Notes: generated by a model from the letters alone, not told the origin. A stretch of 64,000 nt of DNA from Chlamydiales bacterium (GCA_965206695.1 CBDBKM010000011.1:160001-224000), one strand, 5' to 3'; positions 9,600-20,355 are shown, counted from the first letter of the stretch. Numbers and translations are program-made.

Positions 9600-11189
9600 A
9601 TGTCGAGCATCAATAATGATTATTCCGCATTTTTTCATCGAGACTCCTCTCCTATTGAAACACCCATCTTCAATGAAGAACGATTTCTTCAAAAAGAGAT
9701 TGGAATTGAAAAAGTTGCTCCTAATGCACTTGAAAGCGCTTATCCCAATCTTACGCTTAACAAAATCATTACTTTTCTTAAACAGTTTCCCGCATACCCT
9801 ATGCTCATACCTCAGGGTGCTCCAATAGCTTGCAGCCGAGGACCCAATATCTATCTGCCTATGCTTGATATTCATTATGACGATGAAACTACAGCCGATG
9901 ATATCTTTATTCAGTGCATTTCCACTTATAAACCGGAATCCCCTTTTGAACCAATTGCTGATCGTTATGAAGTTCACGCCTATGAACACGCTCATGTCAT
10001 TGTCCTAACCGATGGTTGCGGGTTATCTCCATCGAGCAGACTGGCTCCAAAAGCCGCTATCGCCGGCTTTTTTGCTTCTATAAATACAGCCCTACAAAAC
10101 CTTTCTCAAACATCCAATACACAAACCCTTTCTCATCTTTTATTAGAAGGATTAGATGCAGCTCACTTAAATATTTTTTGGGAAGCATACGCTAGATCCA
10201 AAGAAGACCTTCAGCAATATACACTGTATTTAGAAAAGACTCTTGCTCAATACGAAACCGGTATTATTAAAACCGAAGAAGAGATCAAAGATATTCAAGC
10301 CCATTCTCTTTATCAGAATCATAATAGCGTTTTACAACAGAATTGTTTGAACCTAACAAAAGAGTTAAAAAACCATCAAATTTTCATTCAAGATTTAGCT
10401 GAGGAGCTCAATCTGTTAAAGGAAGCGCGAAATGGACATGTTGCTTCAAAACGTAAACTTATTGAACAAGAATGGGAAGAAAACCACCAAAAGTTTTATG
10501 TTGGCACTACTACATTTTTAGGCGCCACTCTAACTCAAGCAGCAGATCCTACTAAGTATAGCCATTATCTTACTTGTATTAATATTGGAGACGGGAAAGC
10601 TTTTAGATATCATAATGGTAAAATCCAAAATATTGTTCATGACCCAAGACCAAATATGAATGATGTCAGAGATCCCGGCGGGCGTATTGGCTATTGTTCT
10701 GATACTGCCTTGCAAGCTGACTTAAGAAACCTGCAATTAACGTTAGCTCCCTGCAATGTAGGAGATCTCCTTTTCTTTATGACCGATGGCGTATTAGATA
10801 ATTTGGATCCCGAACGATTGGGTTTAAAAGCGCAAGGCAGGCTTTCTTCTGCAATGGTCACCACTCGCCTTAAAGAATGTGCCCGGTTATCAGATCGACA
10901 GCTTCAGAATATTCTCTATTCTTTAAACGCCTCATTTAGTGCCTGGGAATGCCTCTCACAAAAAGAGTCTAATTACCTCAAACAAACTTTTAGCAAATTA
11001 CTTCTGGAAGCCATCATATCGAATGAACCGAGCCCTGAGAGTGCCAATAAAAATATTGGCTATTTCTGTGAACATATCACACAAAAACATCGAGAATATA
11101 ATGATTGGGATGCACAAATAAACTGTCAGTTCGAAGACTTTCCCGGAAAGCCTGATCATACCACATGTATTACCATTCTAGTTCAATAA
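9600..11189 (+). CDS. PP2C/PPM-like protein phosphatase with helical insertion
   Basis: PPM motifs VLTDGCG, GTTTFLG, NIGDGK, MTDGVLDN and GKPDHTT. Confidence 0.8.
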   Translation: MSSINNDYSAFFHRDSSPIETPIFNEERFLQKEIGIEKVAPNALESAYPNLTLNKIITFLKQFPAYPMLIPQGAPIACSRGPNIYLPMLDIHYDDETTADDIFIQCISTYKPESPFEPIADRYEVHAYEHAHVIVLTDGCGLSPSSRLAPKAAIAGFFASINTALQNLSQTSNTQTLSHLLLEGLDAAHLNIFWEAYARSKEDLQQYTLYLEKTLAQYETGIIKTEEEIKDIQAHSLYQNHNSVLQQNCLNLTKELKNHQIFIQDLAEELNLLKEARNGHVASKRKLIEQEWEENHQKFYVGTTTFLGATLTQAADPTKYSHYLTCINIGDGKAFRYHNGKIQNIVHDPRPNMNDVRDPGGRIGYCSDTALQADLRNLQLTLAPCNVGDLLFFMTDGVLDNLDPERLGLKAQGRLSSAMVTTRLKECARLSDRQLQNILYSLNASFSAWECLSQKESNYLKQTFSKLLLEAIISNEPSPESANKNIGYFCEHITQKHREYNDWDAQINCQFEDFPGKPDHTTCITILVQ

Positions 11190-11686
11190 TCCCCCTCAAG
11201 TTTCTTAATGAAGGTTCTTTTTTATGACAAAGTAGTATGGCTTCACCAAAAAGATAAGCCGACTTTATCAAAGTTATATAAAACCTTGTTTGAACCCCGG
11301 GTATTGTAATATTTATTTGTCGTCTTCATTTCCGGTTTTCGCTTTGTAGGCAAACTCCGTTTGTAGTGCCTGCATGTTATGCATACTTATCATAAAAACA
11401 TTTATTTATCAATTAAATCATTTAGTTACTTTACTAATTGATTTTTTTAGTGAATTAAAGCAGGGTCTTTTATGAAAGGAAGATTTGATTTTAAGAAAAA
11501 GACCTTAGCACATTTAGGCTATACTCATCACCTTCAGGATTGGAATTACCATAAAAAAAGCACTCATTATGTTGTTAGTTCGATTCCTTTGGTTTACAAG
11601 GAAAAATCTGAGTATTATTTCCCTTTTCAGAGTATTGCAGAATATTTTTCAAATTCAATTCATGAGTTATGCATGATCAACAACTA

Positions 11687-12067
11687 TTATCTTAAGAGGT
11701 CACACTTTTTCTTGAGTAATTGGCTTTCTGTTGCTAATGCATCAATTCTATCTTGTAAAGAAGTGATATGATCTTGGGCATCACCGGCTTTCGCTCTGAA
11801 TTTAGTCGCTTCACGACTGCTGCGATACTGCAAACGATTGGCCTTACTATCCATTGACCTTTTCGTCTTTGCATATTTTGACTGCCAAGATTTAAGTTCC
11901 TGCATCTCCTTGTCTATTTCTAACAATCTTTCATGATAGGAAAAAGACATATCTTCCTTCTTATTCTCATTTTCTTCAGGAACAATCTCTTCTGTGCTTA
12001 TTGCAAATAAAGAAAATGATAGCATCGCGAAAGAAATCAAAGTCATTATAGTTGTTTTCGTCTTCAT
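11687..12067 (-). CDS. Secreted coiled-coil hypothetical protein
   Basis: N-terminal signal peptide (…SFSLFA); LKSWQSKY…KANRLQY pattern shared with the neighbouring gene. Confidence 0.7.
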   Translation of the reverse strand: MKTKTTIMTLISFAMLSFSLFAISTEEIVPEENENKKEDMSFSYHERLLEIDKEMQELKSWQSKYAKTKRSMDSKANRLQYRSSREATKFRAKAGDAQDHITSLQDRIDALATESQLLKKKCDLLR

Positions 12068-12108
12068 CTATTTGTAGCTCCCTTGGCTGATTTTTTTTCT
12101 TGTGGATA

Positions 12109-12540
12109 TTAATCATGATCTTTCAAAATTGTACGCTTATCATCTTCTAATTTATCAATCAGGACTTGGAGATCTTGAGCTTTTTGTTTGGCATCGGCAG
12201 CAACCTTCCAATAGCGCCTCGAGTCCACTAAGTTTCCTTCCTTAAATTGCAAACGATCGGCTTTAAAATTAGCTCGTTGGGCGGTCATTTTATATCCTTC
12301 TTGCCATCTTTTTAAGGTCGCAATTTTACCCTCTATGGTTGTAATTTGCTCTTGCCGGCTCTTTGATGTGTCCGGACTTTGTTTCAATTGAGTGCGAATT
12401 GTTTTGGAATGATTATAGGCAATCGTTGTTTCTTTAGTTGCTTCCTTGTTCTTATGCGAATCGGCGCATCCGACTTGAGGAAGAGCACAGAGAAGCATAA
12501 AAATCCATCCGGCACATGCAATCATTTTACATTTATTCAT
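12109..12540 (-). CDS. Secreted or lipoprotein coiled-coil hypothetical protein (paralog of 11687..12067)
   Basis: Signal peptide ending QVGC (possible lipobox); LKRWQEGY…KADRLQF. Confidence 0.7.
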   Translation of the reverse strand: MNKCKMIACAGWIFMLLCALPQVGCADSHKNKEATKETTIAYNHSKTIRTQLKQSPDTSKSRQEQITTIEGKIATLKRWQEGYKMTAQRANFKADRLQFKEGNLVDSRRYWKVAADAKQKAQDLQVLIDKLEDDKRTILKDHD

Positions 12541-12606
12541 ATTTTCGCCTTCTATTTGAAATAGGTTATAGCAATATCCACCCGCGGATAAGTCTTAAAT
12601 AAGATT

Positions 12607-13623
12607 TTGACAGCTCCCGACCCTAAAGGGAATAGATTCCTCATTCAACGATCCTTGCTAACAAGTGTTAGTCTAACACGATCTCCAAAAGCTTATATTA
12701 CCGACTGCTCTTCGGTATCTATATTATAGGCTGCGTTACAATCTCTGTCATGCAAAGTATGGCATGTGAAACATTTCCAAGATCTTCTATCGCAATCTAA
12801 TTGTCCTACATTGTGCCGGCATATGGAACATCGTTGTATATCGGGAAAATCTGAGGTAGTTCTACTATGTTTCTTTCGCAGCAATCACATGTATACTTTA
12901 AAAATGGTAATAATTGACGCCATCCTGCATCTGATGTCCCTTTCGCATATCTTTTATTTTTTAACATACTTTTGATATTTAAACCTTCAATTATGATTGC
13001 TTGGTGTTCACGAATCAATTGTGTAGAAAGTTGATGATGAAAGTCATTGCTTATATTTTTAGAATGAATCTCGGCGACTTTGATTCTGCTTGTGTTTCTG
13101 TTTTCGCCGGTAGATTTAAATTTACTTAAACGTTTTTGATTGTTCTTTAATTTTTTTTTAAAAGGCTTAAATGGTTTAGGGGAAAGTAACTTTTTACCGT
13201 CGGATGTTGTTACACGACTTTCCGAACCCGGATCTATTCCGGTAGAATGATTACGTTGCTTTTCTACCGGAATAATGCCCATCCATCTCCTCAACCAACG
13301 TATTTTTAATGATGCTTTAGACTGTACCATATTAAAGGCATCTCCATCCCATCTTAATGCAGATTTGGTCAACGAAATAGATTGGGTAGAATCTAAATTT
13401 ATAAGCTTTTTTAATAGTCATACGTTGTATTATACTATTGGTATACATTATATATTGTCCACATGGAAAGACGGAAAATTCCAAAGACAGCTATTTTTAA
13501 TCTTAAGTTATCCTATTATGTGGCGTACTTAAGTATAGAAGAACAGTTCTCAAGGGAGATATTGAGAAAAGACTACGAGAGTTATTAAATGAGAAAGCCA
13601 ATTAATTTTCTCGCTTAATTGTC
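12607..13623 (-). mobile_element. Degenerate IS200/IS605 element (tnpB and tnpA pseudogenes, both ends retained)
   Basis: Ends match the 20356..22020 element (TTGACAGCTCCC...CCCTAAAGGG; TTTTCTCG.TTAATTGTC). Frameshifted TnpB fragments (IIIEGLNI, HDRDCNAA) and a tnpA 5' fragment from ATG at 13463. Confidence 0.88.
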
Positions 13624-13857
13624 ATACATTCTTCGCTTCTTTATTTCCCTCTATGCCAAACAGGTTTAAAAGTATGAATGATCCAAATTCGCTTTTAAAT
13701 TTCCGCCCGTTATAATTACAGCTTCTGAAGTTTTATAACAGCCTTGTTTCGCCACTATAACTTTGCAGTCTTCTAAAATAGTAGGGCCGGGGCATTTTAC
13801 GATGAATCGCTCCATCACCTTCCCTCTCCGCTCATCAAGTAGCTATTTTGCAGCATT
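13624..13857 (-). pseudogene. Decayed macro-domain (YmdB-like ADP-ribose deacetylase/hydrolase) gene fragment
   Basis: Frameshifted translation reads NAA..(S)YLM..DGAIHRK..GPTILEDCKVIVAKQG..KTSEAVIITGGNLKA..IIHT..PVWH, matching the macrodomain pattern NAAN..L.GGGGVDGAIHRAAGP...GEAVIT.AG.L.A..VIHTVGPVW. Confidence 0.65.
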
Positions 13858-13939
13858 ATACCGCCTTATTTTAAAATAATTTCTGAAAAGTAAAAAAATA
13901 TTTAAACCTATAAATTTCAGTTAACTATAATCCATTCTT

Positions 13940-15082
13940 TTGTTACAATTCATGGTAGCGTCGGAGAAGTTAATAGCCAATTTTTTATTCTTATATCGAA
14001 TTATGTTTTATAAAAGCCTTTTAAAGCTTAAATCATGTTTTATTTGCTCTTCTATCTTCCTATCCGTATTCACCTTTACTTTTGCAACTGAAAATTCAAT
14101 CCTTTTTTTGAAAGACACTCTAAATAAGGCTTCTAAAGGCGACTATCTTATTACCACGCAAAATAAAACATATACTCTTTTTCATATCTATGACAAATCC
14201 GAAAATAAATTGACTATTGAGGAAATCACTTTATCCAAAAAAGAATATGAGGCTCAAAATACTCATTGGAACGAATGGTTGATAAAAGGGGGAAAAGGGC
14301 ATACGGCTTGGGTGATGTATGAAATCGATTTAGACAGCGGAAACATTTTAGATTTTTACTCTTTTACTCATCAAAATTGGCAAAACTCTTTCAAGGAAGA
14401 GCATTTTTTTCCTACTCTTATACAATTAAAATTCGCTCTTTCATCAGAAAACTCAAGAAGAAAAGCAGGCCCTCCCCCTCCTCCCGGCCTTATAGATGAA
14501 CGCCCTTATTGGCAACCACCACTTATATTTAACGGACAAACTATTAAAGATGTGCCATGTTACTCTTGGACTACTTTTTGGCCAAACGATAATACCGAGC
14601 TCGCCGGGAAAAAAATTGAAATTTATATGCCACAAGAAAATCGTAAAATACCTTCTTATTTTCCCTATTGGTTACAAATATCTCATTCTTTTGGAGTTAT
14701 TAAAATACGGGTTGTTGATTCCGGAATTAATATGCTTTCGCCTAAAACCTCTTTTCCAAGAAAACCACCCGAATTCACAGCCTTAAGTTACTCTCAAACA
14801 GGCGATTTAATTTTCCAACTAAAAAACTTCTACCATGATCGATATTTTTCTCTTTATGCAGCGATCCCTGATCATTATCCTCGCGATCTAATCTCTCTTC
14901 CGTATAAAATAGATCAACTCGATGATGATGGAACCGTACTCATCACAGTTTTGACACAAGATTTAAAAAATAAACTTTCCGCTTCAGATAACTATTATTT
15001 TTCCTTCATACCAAAGGATCTTAATTATCCGGCAATAGAAACCCCTGAACCCATTAAGTTACCAAAATATGTTTTCCAATAA
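13940..15082 (+). CDS. Conserved chlamydial exported protein upstream of lepB (CT021-like position); true start may be downstream
   Basis: Long ORF with signal-like hydrophobic stretch and YFPYWLQI motif; overlaps the lepB start. Confidence 0.65.
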   Translation: MLQFMVASEKLIANFLFLYRIMFYKSLLKLKSCFICSSIFLSVFTFTFATENSILFLKDTLNKASKGDYLITTQNKTYTLFHIYDKSENKLTIEEITLSKKEYEAQNTHWNEWLIKGGKGHTAWVMYEIDLDSGNILDFYSFTHQNWQNSFKEEHFFPTLIQLKFALSSENSRRKAGPPPPPGLIDERPYWQPPLIFNGQTIKDVPCYSWTTFWPNDNTELAGKKIEIYMPQENRKIPSYFPYWLQISHSFGVIKIRVVDSGINMLSPKTSFPRKPPEFTALSYSQTGDLIFQLKNFYHDRYFSLYAAIPDHYPRDLISLPYKIDQLDDDGTVLITVLTQDLKNKLSASDNYYFSFIPKDLNYPAIETPEPIKLPKYVFQ

Positions 15083-16955
15083 GAAAAAAAATCATTTTTA
15101 TAGTCTCCGTAAAGCACGTCGTATACTTAGCCTGACTCAGGATCTATATTGGAAAAAACATAAGAAGTTATCTTTAGTTGATCAGGATCGAATAAAAAAA
15201 CTCATTTCAAAATTAGAAATCGCTATAAAAGAAAAAGATAAGGCAACGGTCTCCGGCCTTGCATGTGAACTATTCAATTTATCAAACAATCTGTTTCCAA
15301 GAACTCTTTTTTCGCACGCAAAAGAAATCGTCATCGGATTGACTATAGCTCTTGTTATTGCTACATTAATTCGTCAAATGTGGTTTGAAAACTATGAAAT
15401 TCCGACCGGTTCTATGCGCCCTACATTCTTAGAGCAAGACCGATTAATCGCTTCAAAAACAACCGCGGGTATTAATGTCCCCTTTAAACCCGACCATTTT
15501 TACTTTAACCCAAATCTTTTACAAAGAGGGAGTATCATTATTTTCACAATTGAAAATATGAATGTCTCTGATTCCGATACTCATTATTTTTATTTCTTTC
15601 CCGGGAAAAAAAGGCTTATTAAGCGCTTAATAGGAAAGCCGGGTGACACCCTTTATTTTTATGGTGGTAAAGTCTACGGTATTGATAAAGATCATCAGGA
15701 TTTAAAAGCGTTAAGAGAAGATCCTCATCTGGATAAGTTGGAATATCTCCCTTTTCTAAATTTCTCCGGAAAAGTAACAGCCTCTGCTAAAAAAAATTCT
15801 GATAGGCAGATTAAAAGTCCTGTTATCATTCACCAGATGAATCAACCTATAGCTAAATTAATTGTGAAAGATGATGGAGCTGTATCCGGTAAAATCTTCA
15901 ATGGTTCCGCCTGGGTTGATGAAACTGATGCGAATAGCTACAAATCGTTATGGGGAATCGGCAACTTTGCTATGACTCGGTTTCTATCCAAACAAGAAGC
16001 TCAAACCCTAGCCCCTTTTAACTTAAAAGAAGTTGGAGAATCGGACTATTATCTACAGTTATTTCACTCTCCGGCGATTAGTAAACCTAAACCCCATTTA
16101 GGCATAGATTTGCAAGCTCGACTAAGGCCTATGCTTAATTTAGAAACATCCTTAATTCCTTTAGACGCTAAACATATAGAAGCTTTAAAGAAAGCAATGT
16201 ATACGAGTCGTTTTGTCATCAAAAATGGTTACGCATATGCCTATCATGTGAACCAAAATATTACACACAATGCCTTTAGTCCTTATTTTCCCGGTATTGA
16301 AGATGGCACGTATGAATTTTATTATGGAAAGGCTTACCAAATCCGTTGGAGTGGGATTAGAAGTGAATTGCCTGAGGATCATCCTTTTAACAATCTCAAT
16401 CCGGAGATGACTCAAAAGCTGTTTAATGTCGGTATGCAGATGCTTACTTTATTTGAACCTCATAACAATCACCAAATATTTCATCCCGGTCGATTTACAT
16501 ATTTTAGAGATGGAGACCTCTATGTCATGGGAAATCCTATTATGAAAAAAGGTGAGCCTGCTCTTGAAAAATTCATGCAGTTTGAAATGCAAAGATCCGA
16601 ACATTCTTCTTACCACCCTTTTATAGATTATGGTCCCCCTTTAAAAGACGACGGGAGTATCGACGTCGAATTTATTAAAGCCCACGGCTTAAAAGTTCCT
16701 GATAAACATTACCTGGGATTAGGTGATAACCATGCCAATAGTAATGACTGTAGGGACTTTGGTTTTATTCCGGAAGCGAATATCCGGGGGAATCCGAGTT
16801 TTATTATGTGGCCTCCCGGCCCGAGAGTAGGAGCCCCAAATCAGAAGGGATATAAACACCTGACTCTGCCAAAGACAATTATTTGTAGTTCTCTCTTTGG
16901 CGTGGGAATTATTTGGTATAGCATTCACCGTTTAAGAAAAAGAAGAAAGTTTTAG
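15069..16955 (+). CDS. lepB: Signal peptidase I (long chlamydial type)
   Basis: YEIPTGSMRPT (catalytic Ser), LIKRLIGKPGD (catalytic Lys), LGDNHANSNDCRDFG. Confidence 0.95.
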   Translation: MFSNKKKNHFYSLRKARRILSLTQDLYWKKHKKLSLVDQDRIKKLISKLEIAIKEKDKATVSGLACELFNLSNNLFPRTLFSHAKEIVIGLTIALVIATLIRQMWFENYEIPTGSMRPTFLEQDRLIASKTTAGINVPFKPDHFYFNPNLLQRGSIIIFTIENMNVSDSDTHYFYFFPGKKRLIKRLIGKPGDTLYFYGGKVYGIDKDHQDLKALREDPHLDKLEYLPFLNFSGKVTASAKKNSDRQIKSPVIIHQMNQPIAKLIVKDDGAVSGKIFNGSAWVDETDANSYKSLWGIGNFAMTRFLSKQEAQTLAPFNLKEVGESDYYLQLFHSPAISKPKPHLGIDLQARLRPMLNLETSLIPLDAKHIEALKKAMYTSRFVIKNGYAYAYHVNQNITHNAFSPYFPGIEDGTYEFYYGKAYQIRWSGIRSELPEDHPFNNLNPEMTQKLFNVGMQMLTLFEPHNNHQIFHPGRFTYFRDGDLYVMGNPIMKKGEPALEKFMQFEMQRSEHSSYHPFIDYGPPLKDDGSIDVEFIKAHGLKVPDKHYLGLGDNHANSNDCRDFGFIPEANIRGNPSFIMWPPGPRVGAPNQKGYKHLTLPKTIICSSLFGVGIIWYSIHRLRKRRKF

Positions 16956-19900
16956 CGAACTAACTCTACTTTCTTTATAGCAATCATTGCGGTCTCTCCA
17001 TTGATATCCCACTTCGTCCCTTCCTCGACAGGGGTGAATATAACATCGGTTGCTAATACTTCATACTGTATGTATTCTGCATATTGCAAAACACTTTCCT
17101 TGATGACAATGCTCGTGTCGATAGTAACTTCAATTCTGTCTGTTTTATCAAACTTAGCAGCTCTTCTCATAGTTTGAATTTTGTTCACTACCTCTCTGGC
17201 ATTCCCTTCCATGATAAGCTCATCCGTTAAATTAAGATCCAAGGCAATCGTAATATATTCTTGATTAATTGCGACTAACCCTTCTCGTACAGAACGGGTC
17301 ACCTCTATATCTTCATTATTCAATTGAATGACTTGATCTTCACAGATTATCTCAAGCACTTTTCCTAACATTAATGTTTCTAACTCTTGAGAGCCGAATT
17401 GAGAAACCTGTTCCTGTACCTTACGCATAAGTTTACCCACTTTTTTGCCGAGAACACGAAAATTGGGTTTCGCCTTAAGCTCAACAAATTGGCTTTCGTC
17501 ACCGTAAAAAATAACTTCTTTGACATTGAGTTCATCTTTTATCAGATGTTCTTGCTCTTTTAAAAAAGTTAAAATATCATTAGACGCTACTACGACATGT
17601 ACTATTTTGAGCGGTTGTCTAACTTTAATTTTTTTATCTTTTCTTAGATTATGCCCTAAACTAACAGCTAATTGTACTGCCGCCATCCCTTTTTCAAGTG
17701 AGTGATTACGTAAGTTCTCTTCATAAGAAGGATAATCACAAAGATGCACTGATTCGGGTTCCTGATCTAACCTTAAACTTCGGTAAATACTTTCACTAAT
17801 AAAAGGTATAAAAGGAGCCACAACCTTTGTAAATTCTTTTAATATTCTATACAAAGTTGAAAATGCCTGATCCCTATCCGAGCATGCTCTTTCTTCCCAA
17901 AAGCGCCGCCTACTACGACGAATATACCAGTTGGTTAGTTCATCAATAAATCCGATAAAGGGTTCTACCGATTGATGTAAATCGTATGCATCCATTCCCT
18001 TTTCAACTTCAGCTATCAAACGATATAACTTTGATAAAATCCATTTATCAATTTCATTTTCAGGTTGTTTTAAATTCTGTTCAGGATCCCAATCATAGAT
18101 TCTGGCATAAGTAATAAAAAAATTATGAGAATTAAATAGAGGAAGTAAAATCTGCCGCATGACTAATTCTACTCCACGTTCTGTGAAGCGCATATCATCA
18201 GCTCGCACAACAGGGCTATGTAACATATATAACCTAGTTGCATCTGCTCCATATTTATTAAGAATCTCAGTCGGATCAGGATAATTCCTAAGTCGTTTTG
18301 ACATCTTAGTACCATCTTCGGCCAGAATGATTCCGTTAACGATAACATTTTTAAAAGCCGGCCTGTCAAAAAGTGCTGCTGCTATAACTGTAAGGGTATA
18401 AAACCAACCTCTGGTCTGATCAATCCCTTCTCCGATAAAATCGGCAGGAAATGTCTCTTTAAATAACTCTTTATTTTCAAAAGGATAGTGATTTTGTGCA
18501 TAAGGCATGGAACCCGATTCAAACCAACAATCAAATACCTCAGGAATACGATTAAAGACCTTACCATCCTTTTCGATTGGAATCTCATCAATAAAATGTC
18601 GATGTAAATCTGTTATTTTGTTTCCCGTTAAAGCCTCAAATTCTTCAATACTTCCGAGTACTAAGGTCTCACCATCATCTGCTCTCCAGATAGGAATTGG
18701 TGTTCCCCAATAACGATTGCGAGAGATGGACCAATCTCTTGCCCCTTCCAGCCACTTACCAAATCTCCTTTCTTTTAGATGCTCCGGCATCCAATAGATT
18801 TGTTTGTTAGCGTTGATAATTTTATCTTTGATTTTTTCTACGGAAACAAACCAGGAACTCATTACTCGATATATAAGTGGAGTATCAGTTCGCCAACAAA
18901 AAGGGTAACGGTGACGGCAAGTCCCTTGATGAATCAAATGCCCGGCATCTTTTATCCTTTTTATGATGCTTTTATCCGTATTTTTGACAAATTGACCTTT
19001 GTATTCTGCAATTTCTTCTGTAAAGCAACCATTATTATCGACAGGACAAACAGGGTCTATCCCCTCTTCTTTACAAGCATAAAAGTCATCCTCACCAAAA
19101 CCGGGTGCAGTATGAACAATACCGGTACCATCTTCTGTAGTAACAAAATCTCCTAAAATAACCCTAAAGGCATTCCCCTTTAAATTTTCAAAATAATTAA
19201 ATAAAGGTTGATACCTCACCCCTTTTAGCTTAGTGCCTTTAAATGTCTCTAAAATCGAATATTCTTCCTCATTCTTAAAATAGGTCTTTAGGCGCGCCTT
19301 TGCTAAAATATAATTCGAACCACTTGCTTTATCTTGCATTTTTACATAATCCAAATCAGGACCGACAGTAGCAGCTAAGTTAGAAATTAACGTCCAAGGA
19401 GTTGTTGTCCAAACCAAAAGAGACGTATTTGGATCATCACGAAGTTTAAGAGAAACAGTTACAGAGGGATCATCAACCTCTTTATAATTAAGACCTGCCT
19501 CAAAATTAGAAAGAGGAGTCCCTAGTTTTGCAGAGAAAGGCATTACCTTATAGCCTTCATACACTAAACCTTTTTCATAAAGTTGTTTAAATATCCACCA
19601 AACTGATTCCATAAAAGTAAGATCCTGTGTGTGGTAGGTATTATCAAATTCCACCCAACGACCAAAACGTAAAACCGTCTCTTTCCACTCTTCCGTATAG
19701 CGGAAAACTATTTTGCGACATTCTTCATTAAAATGCGCTATTCCAAACTCTTCAATAGAGATTCCACCTGAAAGATTAAACTCCTTTTCAATTTCACTCT
19801 CTATAGGAAGTCCATGACAATCCCATCCAAAACGCCTTGGAACATAAAAACCCTTCATTGTTTTATAGCGCGGAATCACATCTTTGATAGTCGAAGCAAG

Positions 19901-20083
19901 TAAGTGACCATAATGAGGAAGTCCGGTAGCAAATGGTGGACCATCATAAAAAACAAAATAAGGGGCTGTTTCTCGAATTTTTAATGATTGTTTAAAGATA
20001 TCAGCATTTTTCCAAAAAGCTAAAATCTTTTCTTCATTTTCAGGCAAGGATTGTTGTTCTATTACATCGAACTTCATTTTCAA
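16952..20083 (-). CDS. ileS: Isoleucine--tRNA ligase (IleRS2 type)
   Basis: DGPPFATGLPHYGH, GWDCHGLP, WTTTPWTL, KMSKRL; lacks the C-terminal zinc finger of IleRS1. Confidence 0.97.
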   Translation of the reverse strand: MKMKFDVIEQQSLPENEEKILAFWKNADIFKQSLKIRETAPYFVFYDGPPFATGLPHYGHLLASTIKDVIPRYKTMKGFYVPRRFGWDCHGLPIESEIEKEFNLSGGISIEEFGIAHFNEECRKIVFRYTEEWKETVLRFGRWVEFDNTYHTQDLTFMESVWWIFKQLYEKGLVYEGYKVMPFSAKLGTPLSNFEAGLNYKEVDDPSVTVSLKLRDDPNTSLLVWTTTPWTLISNLAATVGPDLDYVKMQDKASGSNYILAKARLKTYFKNEEEYSILETFKGTKLKGVRYQPLFNYFENLKGNAFRVILGDFVTTEDGTGIVHTAPGFGEDDFYACKEEGIDPVCPVDNNGCFTEEIAEYKGQFVKNTDKSIIKRIKDAGHLIHQGTCRHRYPFCWRTDTPLIYRVMSSWFVSVEKIKDKIINANKQIYWMPEHLKERRFGKWLEGARDWSISRNRYWGTPIPIWRADDGETLVLGSIEEFEALTGNKITDLHRHFIDEIPIEKDGKVFNRIPEVFDCWFESGSMPYAQNHYPFENKELFKETFPADFIGEGIDQTRGWFYTLTVIAAALFDRPAFKNVIVNGIILAEDGTKMSKRLRNYPDPTEILNKYGADATRLYMLHSPVVRADDMRFTERGVELVMRQILLPLFNSHNFFITYARIYDWDPEQNLKQPENEIDKWILSKLYRLIAEVEKGMDAYDLHQSVEPFIGFIDELTNWYIRRSRRRFWEERACSDRDQAFSTLYRILKEFTKVVAPFIPFISESIYRSLRLDQEPESVHLCDYPSYEENLRNHSLEKGMAAVQLAVSLGHNLRKDKKIKVRQPLKIVHVVVASNDILTFLKEQEHLIKDELNVKEVIFYGDESQFVELKAKPNFRVLGKKVGKLMRKVQEQVSQFGSQELETLMLGKVLEIICEDQVIQLNNEDIEVTRSVREGLVAINQEYITIALDLNLTDELIMEGNAREVVNKIQTMRRAAKFDKTDRIEVTIDTSIVIKESVLQYAEYIQYEVLATDVIFTPVEEGTKWDINGETAMIAIKKVELVR

Positions 20084-20355
20084 AGTCTCTTTCTTTTATA
20101 CTTATTTAAGGGCAATATATTGTAATGCATACAACCGGTTTAAGTCTATCTGTGAAAAGCCTCAATCTTTATACCCTCTTTAAGTTAAAAAGATATCTTA
20201 TTAAATTAACTAAATTTTTAACATATTAGTTTAAAAAATGACAGGCAAAGCAATTAAAATCGAAAATAATCCTTATTACTTAAACTTAAAAACTCTGTTT
20301 GATGATTGGGGAAATAATAAGAATTTGTTTAACCTACAAGGATATTTAGATCTTC

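Noticed and set aside
9537..9995. 152-aa minus-strand ORF, and similar short ORFs antisense to housekeeping genes throughout the window
   Set aside because: They overlap well-supported genes on the opposite strand and have no motifs.
11472..11771. 99-aa plus-strand ORF
   Set aside because: No recognisable motif and overlaps the 3' end of the better-supported 11687..12067 gene; may be spurious or a remnant.
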